From positions 289,404-353,403 of the forward strand of contig JAULTD010000001.1 in assembly GCA_038801785.1 (NCBI GenBank): a stretch of DNA of 64,000 bases, in the 5' to 3' direction. The notes beneath the pieces were generated by a model. It did not search any database, had not been told where the DNA came from, and saw only the letters and a program-made list of their open reading frames with translations. Below, piece by piece: positions 26,431 through 35,218 of the stretch. The first letter of the stretch is position 1. The number at the start of each line of letters is the position of its first letter. A program made the position numbers and the translations under genes. Source of the DNA: Candidatus Methanomethylicaceae archaeon GD_Cm_T35_P0_bin.15. Lineage in GTDB: Archaea > Thermoproteota > Methanomethylicia > Methanomethylicales > Methanomethylicaceae.

Positions 26431-28266
26431 ATGTCCAAACCTGCCCCAAACAAGCTTATACCGTATACTGTTATTGCCCTGCTCATAGGGTCTTTTATCG
26501 TTACTGTCGGCTACGTTGCCAGCGAGAGGTCTGTCACGGCGGTTCCCCTGAGAACCTTCTCCGGCATGGACGAGCTGCTGGGCTTCATCGAGAGGGGAAA
26601 GCTAGTGCAGAGCCAGTACTCGGCCTTCGGGCTCTTCCAGAGCAGGATGACCGCCCTTGAGGCGAACATCGCCGCCCAGACTGCCGATGCGAAGACCCCG
26701 GCCGGGCAGTACTCCTCGACCAACGTACAGGTAGGGGGCGTCGATGAGGCGGATATCGTGAAGACGGACGGTGAGTACCTCTATGTGGTCTCCGGCAGCA
26801 CCGTGAAGATTCTCAAGGCATCCCCGCCCGAGGAGGCGGGAGTGCTTGCCACGATCGAGACCGATGCCCCGTACAACCTCAACATCTACATAAACGGCGA
26901 CCGGCTGATCGTCCTGGAGAACAGCAACTACTACTGGATCATGGAGCCGGCTAAGGCGGATCAGGCCGGAGACCGGATGACGGTAGGGCTGGTGCCGTGG
27001 TACAGGCAGGCGGTTGCGGTGAAGGTTTACGACATCGCGGACAGGGCGAACCCCGCGCTCACCAACTGCATCGAGGTGAACGGGACGCTGATCGGCTCGA
27101 GGATGATCGGCAATTATGTCTACGTCGTCTCCAACCAGCCGGTAGTGCAGACAGACGGCACGGTGGAGATGCCCTCGATCAGGTGCAATGAGACGGTCCA
27201 GACCGTCAGGGCCGAAGAGATCAAGTACGTCGACGTGATAGCCCCATACTACCAGTTCATGACGGTCATGGCCATAGACGTCACGGGTACCGGCCAGCCG
27301 ACGCAGGAGACCTTCCTCTCGGGCTACTCCTCCACCATGTACGTCTCGCAGGAGAACATGTACCTCGTGGCGCCAAAGTCGACCATCCGGCTCATGGGTG
27401 CCGCATCCGGCGCCGATGCGTGGAAGGAGGAGACGCTCATCTACAGGCTGAGGCTCTCGGGCAGCAGCGTAAAGGTAGAGTCGAGCGGTGCGGTCCCCGG
27501 TCACGTCCTGAACCAGTTCAGTATGGACGAGAGCAACGGCTACTTCAGGGTCGCCACCAGTGAGTGGATGGTCAACGGCTCAGTCAACGGCCTGTACGTC
27601 CTGAACATGAACCTCGAGACGGTCGGGAGGCTGGAAGGCATCGCGCCCGGCGAGCAGATCTACTCGGCGAGGTTCATGGGCGATAGGTGCTACCTGGTCA
27701 CGTTCAGGCAGGTGGACCCGTTCTTCGTGATAGATCTGGCAACCCCCAGCGCGCCCAAGATACTGGGGTACCTGAAGATACCCGGATACTCCAGCTACCT
27801 GCACCCGTACGATGCTGACCACGTGATCGGCGTGGGGATCGAGAACAGCACCGTCAAGCTCTCCCTCTTTGATGTCTCGGACGTCTCCAGCCCCGAAGAG
27901 GTGGCGAAGTACGTCTTCGGTGGCATGTGGTCGAGCAGCGAGGCCCTGTACGACCATAAGGCGTTCCTCTTCGACAAGTCCAAGGGCCTGCTGGTGATCC
28001 CCGTCACGATGGGGCCAAGGTTCTACACCGGCGACTATAGGGCCATACAGGGCGCAGCGGTCTTTGACATCAGCGCCGACGACGGTTTCGTGCTGAGGGG
28101 CTTTATCTCCCACCAAGGGGACGGGGACGGGAGCGGGGAGTACCGCTATAACCTCCAGGTGAGGAGGTCGCTCTACATAGACGATACGCTCTACACGATC
28201 TCAGAGGGGAAGGTCAAGCTGAACGGTCTGACCAGTCTGGACCCCGTGAGGGAGATCCCTCTCTGA
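26431..28266 (+). CDS. secreted or membrane-anchored beta-propeller domain protein (Beta_propel, COG4880-like)
   Basis: N-terminal TM helix. VGGVDEADIVKTDGEYLYVVSG and C-terminal YSARFMGDRCYLVTFRQVDPFFVIDL, as I recall for this family. Confidence 0.65.
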   Translation: MSKPAPNKLIPYTVIALLIGSFIVTVGYVASERSVTAVPLRTFSGMDELLGFIERGKLVQSQYSAFGLFQSRMTALEANIAAQTADAKTPAGQYSSTNVQVGGVDEADIVKTDGEYLYVVSGSTVKILKASPPEEAGVLATIETDAPYNLNIYINGDRLIVLENSNYYWIMEPAKADQAGDRMTVGLVPWYRQAVAVKVYDIADRANPALTNCIEVNGTLIGSRMIGNYVYVVSNQPVVQTDGTVEMPSIRCNETVQTVRAEEIKYVDVIAPYYQFMTVMAIDVTGTGQPTQETFLSGYSSTMYVSQENMYLVAPKSTIRLMGAASGADAWKEETLIYRLRLSGSSVKVESSGAVPGHVLNQFSMDESNGYFRVATSEWMVNGSVNGLYVLNMNLETVGRLEGIAPGEQIYSARFMGDRCYLVTFRQVDPFFVIDLATPSAPKILGYLKIPGYSSYLHPYDADHVIGVGIENSTVKLSLFDVSDVSSPEEVAKYVFGGMWSSSEALYDHKAFLFDKSKGLLVIPVTMGPRFYTGDYRAIQGAAVFDISADDGFVLRGFISHQGDGDGSGEYRYNLQVRRSLYIDDTLYTISEGKVKLNGLTSLDPVREIPL

Positions 28267-28583
28267 GGCCTCACACTCCCCCTTTTTTCTATTCCTCATC
28301 TCTCCCCCTTTCCGCCTTCAGTTATTGCTGTAGATTCAAATCATCACCGGCTGAGGCGTAAACGGGGAGGTGTTCTGGCACAAAATTTCACCTTGGATCC
28401 GTACTGTCAATATCAGTCCTTAATGATAATCGGTTGTTTAGTGGCGGCTATGGGGGAAGGCCCGCAATATGGGCGCCCTGCCCAGCACCTGAACTGCCGG
28501 TTTTCGGCCGCCGTTGACTGCAGCTCATCCAGCCGATCAATATGCAAAGATTTAACTTTTCGTATGTTGAATGTGAGGACTAT

Positions 28584-29126
28584 ATGATTCCGAAAAAGGT
28601 CTTTTTCGTGAAGGGGGTCGGCATCCATAAGGAGAGGCTATCTTCCTTTGAGCTGGCCCTCAGGGATGCAGGGATAGAGAGGTTCAACCTGGTATACGTC
28701 TCGAGCATCTATCCTCCCAACTGCAAGATAATAACGAAGGAGGAGGGGCTCAGGGAACTCTCCCCGGGACAGATAATTTATTGTGTGATGGCGAGGAACG
28801 AGACCAACGAGCCGAACAGGCTTATCGCCGCCGCAGTCGGCCTTGCCATCCCTCACGATAAGACGCTCTATGGCTACCTCTCGGAGCACCACTCCTACGG
28901 CGAGAAGGGCGAGTATGCGGGAGAGTACGCGGAGGACCTTGCAGCCACTATGCTCGCCACCACGCTCGGCATCCCGTTCGACCTCAACCAGGCATGGGAC
29001 GAGAGGAAGCAGATCTACAAGGCGAGCGGACACATAATCAGGACGACCCACATTCACCAGTCGGCCGAAGGCCACAAGGCCGGGCTGTGGACTACGGTAA
29101 TCGCCGCTGCAGTATTCATAACATGA
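28584..29126 (+). CDS. pdaD: pyruvoyl-dependent arginine decarboxylase
   Basis: [45 protein letters not shown] contains the self-cleavage SS site region. Start taken at the internal ATG at 28584. Confidence 0.85.
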   Translation: MIPKKVFFVKGVGIHKERLSSFELALRDAGIERFNLVYVSSIYPPNCKIITKEEGLRELSPGQIIYCVMARNETNEPNRLIAAAVGLAIPHDKTLYGYLSEHHSYGEKGEYAGEYAEDLAATMLATTLGIPFDLNQAWDERKQIYKASGHIIRTTHIHQSAEGHKAGLWTTVIAAAVFIT

Positions 29127-29195
29127 CTGGAATCGCCAGCTGGCGAGAGAGGCAGAATGCCCGAAGCGCGGGGGAGACGGGGCCTGGCTTGGCCT

Positions 29196-29215
29196 GACCC
29201 GACCCGACCCGACCC
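29196..29215. repeat. pentanucleotide tandem repeat (gaccc)x4
   Basis: Read directly, between the convergent pdaD and GNAT genes. Confidence 0.9.
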
Positions 29216-29217
29216 GG

Positions 29218-29961
29218 CTACCTGCTCGAGAGGCGGTTCGGTATGGGGCAGGTCTGTTTCTCATACGGGACGAGTGGGACCCTAGGGACCGTGAGGCGCA
29301 CCCTCTGCGGCATCCTCCGCGAAGCGGCGTCAAGCAGATCGTCCTTCTCGTATCCGTACGTGACGTGGTAGATCATCTCTATGCACTGTATGACAAAGTT
29401 GCTCGGCAGCTCGGCCATATCCTTGCAGGGGAACATCATAAGGTACATCTCCTCGGGCTTGGTCCCGTCCTGCGGCGGCAGGGCGTAGTGGACTCCCTCG
29501 AGGAGCCTTGCACCGAGTTTGGTGTAGAACCTTATCCGGTCGAGCCTCGTCTTCTGCTCCTTCGGATCGCTCGCGTCCTCTTTCTGGACCTCAAAGAGGA
29601 GGCCCAGCGGGTCCGGGAGGAGCCGGTAGAGTTCCTTGAGCGTATGCTTGAAGAGGCATGCGCCCACCCCTCTTCGCTGGTGGGATGGTGCCACCGCCAG
29701 ATAGTCGAGGAAGGCGACGCCCATATTGGGGAAGAGATCCACGAGGGATATGCCGATTACCATGGGACCCTCTGTTGCAACATAGAGGTGGTATGGCGCA
29801 AACCTGAGTGCGCGCATTATCTCTTCCAACGGCCATAGCTCCACCGGCGGAAATGACGACTGGTAAAGTTGCATCGCCTGTCTGAAGCGGGGATCACTGA
29901 GATCCCGGATCTCGCTTATGGAGAAATTACTACAACATTGTAGTGTCATAAAATGGATCAC
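29218..29961 (-). CDS. GNAT family N-acetyltransferase
   Basis: Acetyl-CoA binding motif LAVAPSHQRRGVGACLFKHTLKEL (Q/RxxGxG/A). Confidence 0.7.
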   Translation of the reverse strand: MIHFMTLQCCSNFSISEIRDLSDPRFRQAMQLYQSSFPPVELWPLEEIMRALRFAPYHLYVATEGPMVIGISLVDLFPNMGVAFLDYLAVAPSHQRRGVGACLFKHTLKELYRLLPDPLGLLFEVQKEDASDPKEQKTRLDRIRFYTKLGARLLEGVHYALPPQDGTKPEEMYLMMFPCKDMAELPSNFVIQCIEMIYHVTYGYEKDDLLDAASRRMPQRVRLTVPRVPLVPYEKQTCPIPNRLSSR

Positions 29962-30029
29962 TTGTCTAGCGACGAACCAGAATCATGAGGTTCTCCTTTT
30001 CATCGCCTACACCACCAGTAAAAATGGCG

Positions 30030-30260
30030 TTACTTAAAAAGTTTGTCGGTCGAGCGGGCAATCCGACGGGTTAGGATGCGGCCGCCGGGATTCGAACCCG
30101 GGATCCGAAGCTTGGGAAGGAAACTCTTGGAAAGAGTTTCATCAGAAACGGCAATTTTGATGATGTTCTGCGGGGTTGTACTGTACAGGGAAGCCAGCTC
30201 CTTCAGGCGCCCGGCTACGTCTTCAGGGACGGTCAGGACCTTGTAGCCTTTCCTGGGCAT
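30030..30260 (-). CDS. integrase N-terminal fragment Int(N), reading through the left att into flanking DNA
   Basis: Codons 1-47 (30260-30120) are element-encoded (MPRKGYKVLTVPEDVAGRLKELASLYSTTPQNIIKIAVSDETLSKSF). Codon 48 starts exactly at the first att base. The att translation LPKLRIPGSNPGGRI is the same at both ends. Confidence 0.7.
   Translation of the reverse strand: MPRKGYKVLTVPEDVAGRLKELASLYSTTPQNIIKIAVSDETLSKSFLPKLRIPGSNPGGRILTRRIARSTDKLFK
30074..30119. repeat. att site, left copy (orphan 3' half of tRNA-Gly(CCC))
   Basis: ggatgcggccgccgggattcgaacccgggatccgaagcttgggaag, identical to 39816-39861. The flanking bases differ on both sides. Confidence 0.95.
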
Positions 30261-30314
30261 AAGTGCTCGGCTACCGTATGTCAGAAGAGACGGAAGAGGT
30301 TATCGGTACATAGG

Positions 30315-31493
30315 TTACATATACTTACAGAGTCCAGCAATACGCTGGTGTAGCAGTTTTTTATCCTTAATATAACCTGCAGAATCTCGATCATTAATAT
30401 ATTCCCCACTGACTGCCAGTTCTTTCTTACTAGCTGTCACTTCATGAATTTTGGATAGATAATTAATTCTTGGTAGTGCCTTAGACAACTCCTTTTCATC
30501 GTTGGTAGCGGTAAGTAAGTAATGCAGATACTCCATATCTTTACTATTATTTTCAACAGCTAAGTCATGAGCTATTTTATCAGGATCAGGACTATAATGT
30601 ACAAAATCTTTGATGCCTAGATCATCCCTATCAAAGAACATTGTGGTTATTTTTCCTATTCCACCGCGTTTTCTTTTAATAAAGATACCATTTTCAATAC
30701 AGAAGATATCGCCAAGTCGGTATTCAGAGAAGTGTGTGCAAGATAAATGATCGTCAAACTTCCTCTTTACATCCGTCATAATTATCGCAATATTTTCGTT
30801 TTTTAGTGTGTCCCAAACATAATCGTAGTTTATAGCGACCTCTTCATAAGGATGGAAAATTAGGCCAAGGAGGTTAATAGTTCCACTCGCACTCTGGTTT
30901 TTAACGAAGTCAACTATTTGCTTAAAGTGCTTCTCATCATGTTTAAGATCCAAGAAAAAGATAGGTTCCATTCCTTCCTCCAGAATATTGTCATGTATTC
31001 CTTTGAGAATATCAAGTTGCGCTAAATTACCTAGATGAGGGACTGCCAGCAAGTTACTCTCTTTATTTTGAAGCGTGGTCTCTAGACTAAAAGTCATCCT
31101 TAGAAATTTCTCGTAGGTGGTCCTGCTTATACAAGATAGCCCACTTTGACATGGTTGCACCAGTATCAGAGGTAAAGATGCGTGGATCCCTCGTTTCATA
31201 ACGTTTTCAGCGTCAGTGTAGACATCTGAATACCCTTGGTTTTCCGAAAGAAACCTAGCTGTACAATCAGAACCTAATTTGTATGGCAGGAATAGGATGT
31301 CACTATCGTTAAGCAATGGTGTAGCAATGGGCACTTTCTTCTTGGCGTTGAGTTCCGATCGTGTTATGGATCTAAAAGGCGTTTTGAAGGTAATTCCATT
31401 TATTTGGATCTCGGTGGTCCTGCAACGATAGAATAGTTCAGACTTACGGTCTTTTTCATCAACATTATTTACGTGTACTTTAACTTTACTCAT
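30315..31493 (-). CDS. 392-aa protein of unknown function (third gene of the coupled operon)
   Basis: The ATG at 31493 overlaps the upstream stop as ATGA. AT-rich codon usage. Alternating hydrophobic strand-like segments (ILFLPY, LILVQP, LLAVPHL, IFFLDLK, LLGLIF, IAIIMTDVK). I recognise no family. Confidence 0.6.
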   Translation of the reverse strand: MSKVKVHVNNVDEKDRKSELFYRCRTTEIQINGITFKTPFRSITRSELNAKKKVPIATPLLNDSDILFLPYKLGSDCTARFLSENQGYSDVYTDAENVMKRGIHASLPLILVQPCQSGLSCISRTTYEKFLRMTFSLETTLQNKESNLLAVPHLGNLAQLDILKGIHDNILEEGMEPIFFLDLKHDEKHFKQIVDFVKNQSASGTINLLGLIFHPYEEVAINYDYVWDTLKNENIAIIMTDVKRKFDDHLSCTHFSEYRLGDIFCIENGIFIKRKRGGIGKITTMFFDRDDLGIKDFVHYSPDPDKIAHDLAVENNSKDMEYLHYLLTATNDEKELSKALPRINYLSKIHEVTASKKELAVSGEYINDRDSAGYIKDKKLLHQRIAGLCKYM

Positions 31494-32050
31494 CCTCGCC
31501 CGCGTCCCCAAGTAATTCCTTTGTATTTTTTCTTGAGTTCCGATTTATCTATAAACTCTGGATAATGTTCGTAAGCATAACGGAGTATGCCATCGGTACC
31601 TAGTTCATCCCACCCCTTCCGGTACGAACGGACTTTTTCAATAACGCGCTCGGGGATTTTACATAGTCGACCCTTGGCGTAGACGCTTCCCCTTTTAGTT
31701 AGTACAAAGGACTCATTTCGGGTATTTTTCTTACCCCTGCGTTCGATATACCCTGCGAGCTCAAGGTCTTTGAGAAGCTCCGCTATCTTGAAGCTGTACA
31801 TTCCAAATCGAAATGGGACATAGTGTAGGTCTTCAAGCGAAGTATTTTCGTAGTGTTTCCGTAGTATTTCCTCGTTAAGGAGGAACACTTCTTTCATGAA
31901 TAGAGTTCTACCATAAATTGGTTTATCATACGAGTTGAGTAATAACAGCACGATCTCGCTGGCAGTTAGCTGTGGAGGAGTTATTTTATCATATGCTCTA
32001 AGTGCCTCCTCAAAAGTGTAGAGTTTCGTCTTATCTTCTATAACGTTCAT
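31490..32050 (-). CDS. YwgA-like / Panacea (DUF4065)-like wHTH protein, copy 1
   Basis: GRTLFMKEVFLLNEE...YVPFRFGMYSFKIAELLKDLELAGYIERRG parallels the KLQKxxYxxxx...FxxYGPYSxxL...L...G pattern. The ATG at 32050 overlaps the upstream stop as ATGA. Confidence 0.55.
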   Translation of the reverse strand: MNVIEDKTKLYTFEEALRAYDKITPPQLTASEIVLLLLNSYDKPIYGRTLFMKEVFLLNEEILRKHYENTSLEDLHYVPFRFGMYSFKIAELLKDLELAGYIERRGKKNTRNESFVLTKRGSVYAKGRLCKIPERVIEKVRSYRKGWDELGTDGILRYAYEHYPEFIDKSELKKKYKGITWGRGRG

Positions 32051-32529
32051 AGTCGCACCTCTACCAGATCGCCCGCCTTGAAGTTTTTGCATGCATCCGT
32101 TTTAATCCTGTAAACTTTCAGGAAATAACGCTTGCCATTATGAAGCAACCATAGGTGTAGTGGTGGATTTCTCTGGGTTATTTCTTGCTTAATGCTATCT
32201 TGTAGCGATTGAGTTGGTCTAGTTATATACTGTAACTCCGTAACGAGGTCGGTCAAAGTGATTCCAGCTATCTTCATTTGCGCTACAGTTTCCTCTGGAT
32301 ACAAAATTCCCTCGGCAAAGCAACCGGGTTCGATTACTTCGTATTTAGTCCCGCAAGCGTGGCAATTCTTTTGTGGTATGCCCTGTACCGCATAGACGCG
32401 TGGTTTGCCAAAAGACATGGTACCGATTTTAGGAAGTTGTAGAGTCCAAGGGCTGCTTATTTGTTCAAGTGTGATCGTTTCTACAGAGCCGGCCCCACAA
32501 TAAGGGCAGTAAGCGGGCAAAGATGCCAA
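32047..32529 (-). CDS. Zn-ribbon protein, unknown function (first gene of the coupled operon)
   Basis: CPYC (aa 8-11) and CHAC (aa 56-59) pairs, followed by an ~90-aa C-terminal domain with no motif I recognise. Confidence 0.5.
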   Translation of the reverse strand: MASLPAYCPYCGAGSVETITLEQISSPWTLQLPKIGTMSFGKPRVYAVQGIPQKNCHACGTKYEVIEPGCFAEGILYPEETVAQMKIAGITLTDLVTELQYITRPTQSLQDSIKQEITQRNPPLHLWLLHNGKRYFLKVYRIKTDACKNFKAGDLVEVRL

Positions 32530-32968
32530 CCGAGCGCCTCACTTGAATTATGTCTGTTAATATAATTTAGACTGTTTATAAGCTATATCAAAAATTGTAC
32601 GATACCACAAAGTATCAGAGGTTAAGAGTCTAAACTAGTTATTTATTTTTATCAGACATAGGGTAACTATAACGCTCCAATTTTGGTAGCATTTATGAGT
32701 TTTATTTTCACCCCTCCCTCCCGCCGTAACCACCTTTCCCGAGTCCTTTTACCCTCCCGCCTACTACAAAGGACGGGAAGCGCTATGCATTCACAGCCGA
32801 CCCTGGAGGATCTGGGCGAGGAGCTCTTCAACGGGAAGGTAAAGTGCCAGAAGTGCGGGAAGTGGTGCATGTCCTGGCTCGGGCTGGCCGTACGCACTTC
32901 GGCAAGCGCCACGGGAAGCGCCTGGCGGAGGCCACGTGGGAGGACCTGGGGAAGGTGGGAGGATCCTG

Positions 32969-33130
32969 ATGGGCTGGAGGGAGTGCGAGGACGTCCTGGA
33001 GCTCGCGCTGCTAAAGATGCGCAGGTGCCGATCCGCGGAGGAGTGCAGGGGAGCGGTGGCGGATATCTTGGCGCTGGTCAAGGAAAGGAAGTTCGAGAGG
33101 CTGAAGGAGGAGCTGGGGGTGATGGAGTGA
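32969..33130 (+). CDS. possible small helical protein (53 aa) inside a GC-rich patch of the element
   Basis: MGWRECEDVLELALLKMRRCRSAEECRGAVADILALVKERKFERLKEELGVME. Its ATG overlaps the TGA of an upstream reading frame (TGATG). Confidence 0.3.
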   Translation: MGWRECEDVLELALLKMRRCRSAEECRGAVADILALVKERKFERLKEELGVME

Positions 33131-33254
33131 TGATAGTATGTTGATTAGACCTTGTCATTAAAAACTAAAATTTTTTAAAGCCAAAAAGTGATAGTGTCTT
33201 TATAATAAGAATATATTTTAGAGAAGATGGGTTTAGAAATGGGTTGGAATAGAA

Positions 33255-33698
33255 ATGGTCACCGGCGACAGAAAGAAACTCCTGACATATTTAAAATATA
33301 CTGGGAGCGAATCGATAGCTACCTTAAAAGACAGAAAAATAGCACAGAAAAAAATTTACCTTTTGCAGCGAATTGGACTGGACTTGGGATACCATTTCGG
33401 TTGGTACATCTATGGTCCGTATTCGCCTCGTCTAGCCGATGATCTATACGAAGCCTTTGATGCTCAAGACACTAAAGATATGCCGCTAGAGCAGGAAGAA
33501 AAAAATTGTTTAGACAAGTTGAACTCAATCCTGTCAAAACTTCCAGAAGACCAAAAGGACTATTGGCTTGAGCTCTTGGCATCTTTAGATGTAGTGAAAA
33601 AGAAAGAGCTTCTCAAGAAACTTAAACCGAATAAGTTTAAAGATGAAGATATCATGCGCAGTGAGGCTTTGCTTGAGAGATACTTAAGGCGAACGTAG
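33255..33698 (+). CDS. YwgA-like / Panacea (DUF4065)-like wHTH protein, copy 2
   Basis: KIAQKKIYLLQRIGLDLGYHFGWYIYGPYSPRLADDLYEAF closely follows the KLQKLLY...F.W.YGPYS..L pattern. Its stop TAG is immediately followed by the ATG of the HD gene. Confidence 0.65.
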   Translation: MVTGDRKKLLTYLKYTGSESIATLKDRKIAQKKIYLLQRIGLDLGYHFGWYIYGPYSPRLADDLYEAFDAQDTKDMPLEQEEKNCLDKLNSILSKLPEDQKDYWLELLASLDVVKKKELLKKLKPNKFKDEDIMRSEALLERYLRRT

Positions 33699-35069
33699 AT
33701 GCGTCCACATGACATTTATGATTCTGTACATGGCTACATCCACATAACAGCTGAGGGGGACGACATAGTAGCCGACCCTTATTTTCAGAGACTTAGGAGG
33801 GTACACCAGCTCGGCCTTGGAAACATGGTATTTCCCAGCGCAGAGCATACGCGTTTTTCCCATTCATTAGGCGTAATGCACATAGTGACAAAGATGGTAG
33901 ACGCATTGAACAATAACGTCGGAAGCAATTCACAGCTCATTGATAAGGACGATAAAAACCTCTTACGCGTCGCAGGTCTTCTTCACGATGTAGGGCATAT
34001 GCCTTTCTCGCACTTCTTGGAAGATGTAGCCAAATCTATGGGCAGTACTATCAGGCACGAAGATTTGGCTGGAAAGATAATTAAAGAGACCGGTCTTAAA
34101 GATGAGGTAGAAAAAGCGGTCGGTAATAAGGTGGAGGAAGTAATTTCCCTCATAAACAAAACTTATGAGTTGGACCTCGATGAAGCAGAAAAAAGAGGGC
34201 AAACTAACGCTCATGTGCTGAATAGTTTAATAAGTTCCGAGCTCGACGCTGACCGCATAGACTACTTGTTGAGGGATGCTTATCACATAGGCATCCCGTA
34301 CGGCAGTTTTGACCTAAATAGGATTTTAAATACCATGATCGTTGCAAAAACGGATGACGGTTCAATGGTTCCCGCTCTTAAAAGGAAGGCGAGACTTGCT
34401 GCCGAAAATTACATTATGGCCAGGCTGCACATGTATGAGGCGGTGTATCTTCACAAAACTATAGGTGCTTTCAATTGTATCCTAAGGGAGCTTTACATCC
34501 AAGGAATTAACGAAGGGATCCTTCCAAGCTTTGAGGAAATGGAAAGCCAAATAACCGAAGATTCTTTCTTCTGTACTTTTGACGATTATTATGTCCTCTC
34601 ACAAATACTCCATCACGATTACCGTAGCGATCACCATAAAAAATTGAAAAAGATGTTCATTGAAAGGCGCCCATTAAAACTTGCATATGAAGTAAAAAAA
34701 TCGAGAGGAACCGTAAATCCTCATGATGTAACCGCAAGTTGGATCGCATTAACTGACATATCAAAAATAAAGGATGAATTTTGCAAAAAGTACGGTCTCA
34801 AACCAGAATCAATTTTCTTTGAAGAGCCAAAGTTATCCGCTCTAAAGGTAAAACTAGATACTGCGGATTATGAGGATGCAATATACATCGAAGACGGCGA
34901 AGGCCACGCGGAGCCCATCAATAAGAATAAAGAGTCTTTCGTAGAATCCCTGCTAAAATATAACATGGATGTAAAGCGCGTTTACACATTTGAAGAGAGT
35001 GTAGAAAAAGTAAAAGAGGCAATAAAAAAAGAAATTGGAAAAAAGAAGGAAGAATACGATCTAAATTAA
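33699..35069 (+). CDS. HD-domain phosphohydrolase, SAMHD1 / dGTPase-like (COG1078 type)
   Basis: RFSHSLGVMHI, GLLHDVGHMPFSH and ELDADRIDYLLRDAY correspond to the H...HD...D metal-site motifs of SAMHD1-like dNTP triphosphohydrolases. Confidence 0.8.
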   Translation: MRPHDIYDSVHGYIHITAEGDDIVADPYFQRLRRVHQLGLGNMVFPSAEHTRFSHSLGVMHIVTKMVDALNNNVGSNSQLIDKDDKNLLRVAGLLHDVGHMPFSHFLEDVAKSMGSTIRHEDLAGKIIKETGLKDEVEKAVGNKVEEVISLINKTYELDLDEAEKRGQTNAHVLNSLISSELDADRIDYLLRDAYHIGIPYGSFDLNRILNTMIVAKTDDGSMVPALKRKARLAAENYIMARLHMYEAVYLHKTIGAFNCILRELYIQGINEGILPSFEEMESQITEDSFFCTFDDYYVLSQILHHDYRSDHHKKLKKMFIERRPLKLAYEVKKSRGTVNPHDVTASWIALTDISKIKDEFCKKYGLKPESIFFEEPKLSALKVKLDTADYEDAIYIEDGEGHAEPINKNKESFVESLLKYNMDVKRVYTFEESVEKVKEAIKKEIGKKKEEYDLN

Positions 35070-35218
35070 TCCAACGCCATCGATACAACCATTACGTTGA
35101 CTTTATGATCTCTTAGTGCCATAAAAAGGTTGTAATTGCGCGGTAGAAGTCGTGAGCTAAATTAATGAAAAATTAATTATTAATAAAAGTTAAACCTATA
35201 AAATGGCAGCGACTAAAG

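Noticed and set aside
32683-33144. The 153-aa ORF taken at face value as one gene.
   Set aside because: Only the first ~27 codons after the internal ATG at 32785 look protein-like. The remainder is R/G/A-rich and overlaps better-looking frames; see the frameshift finding.
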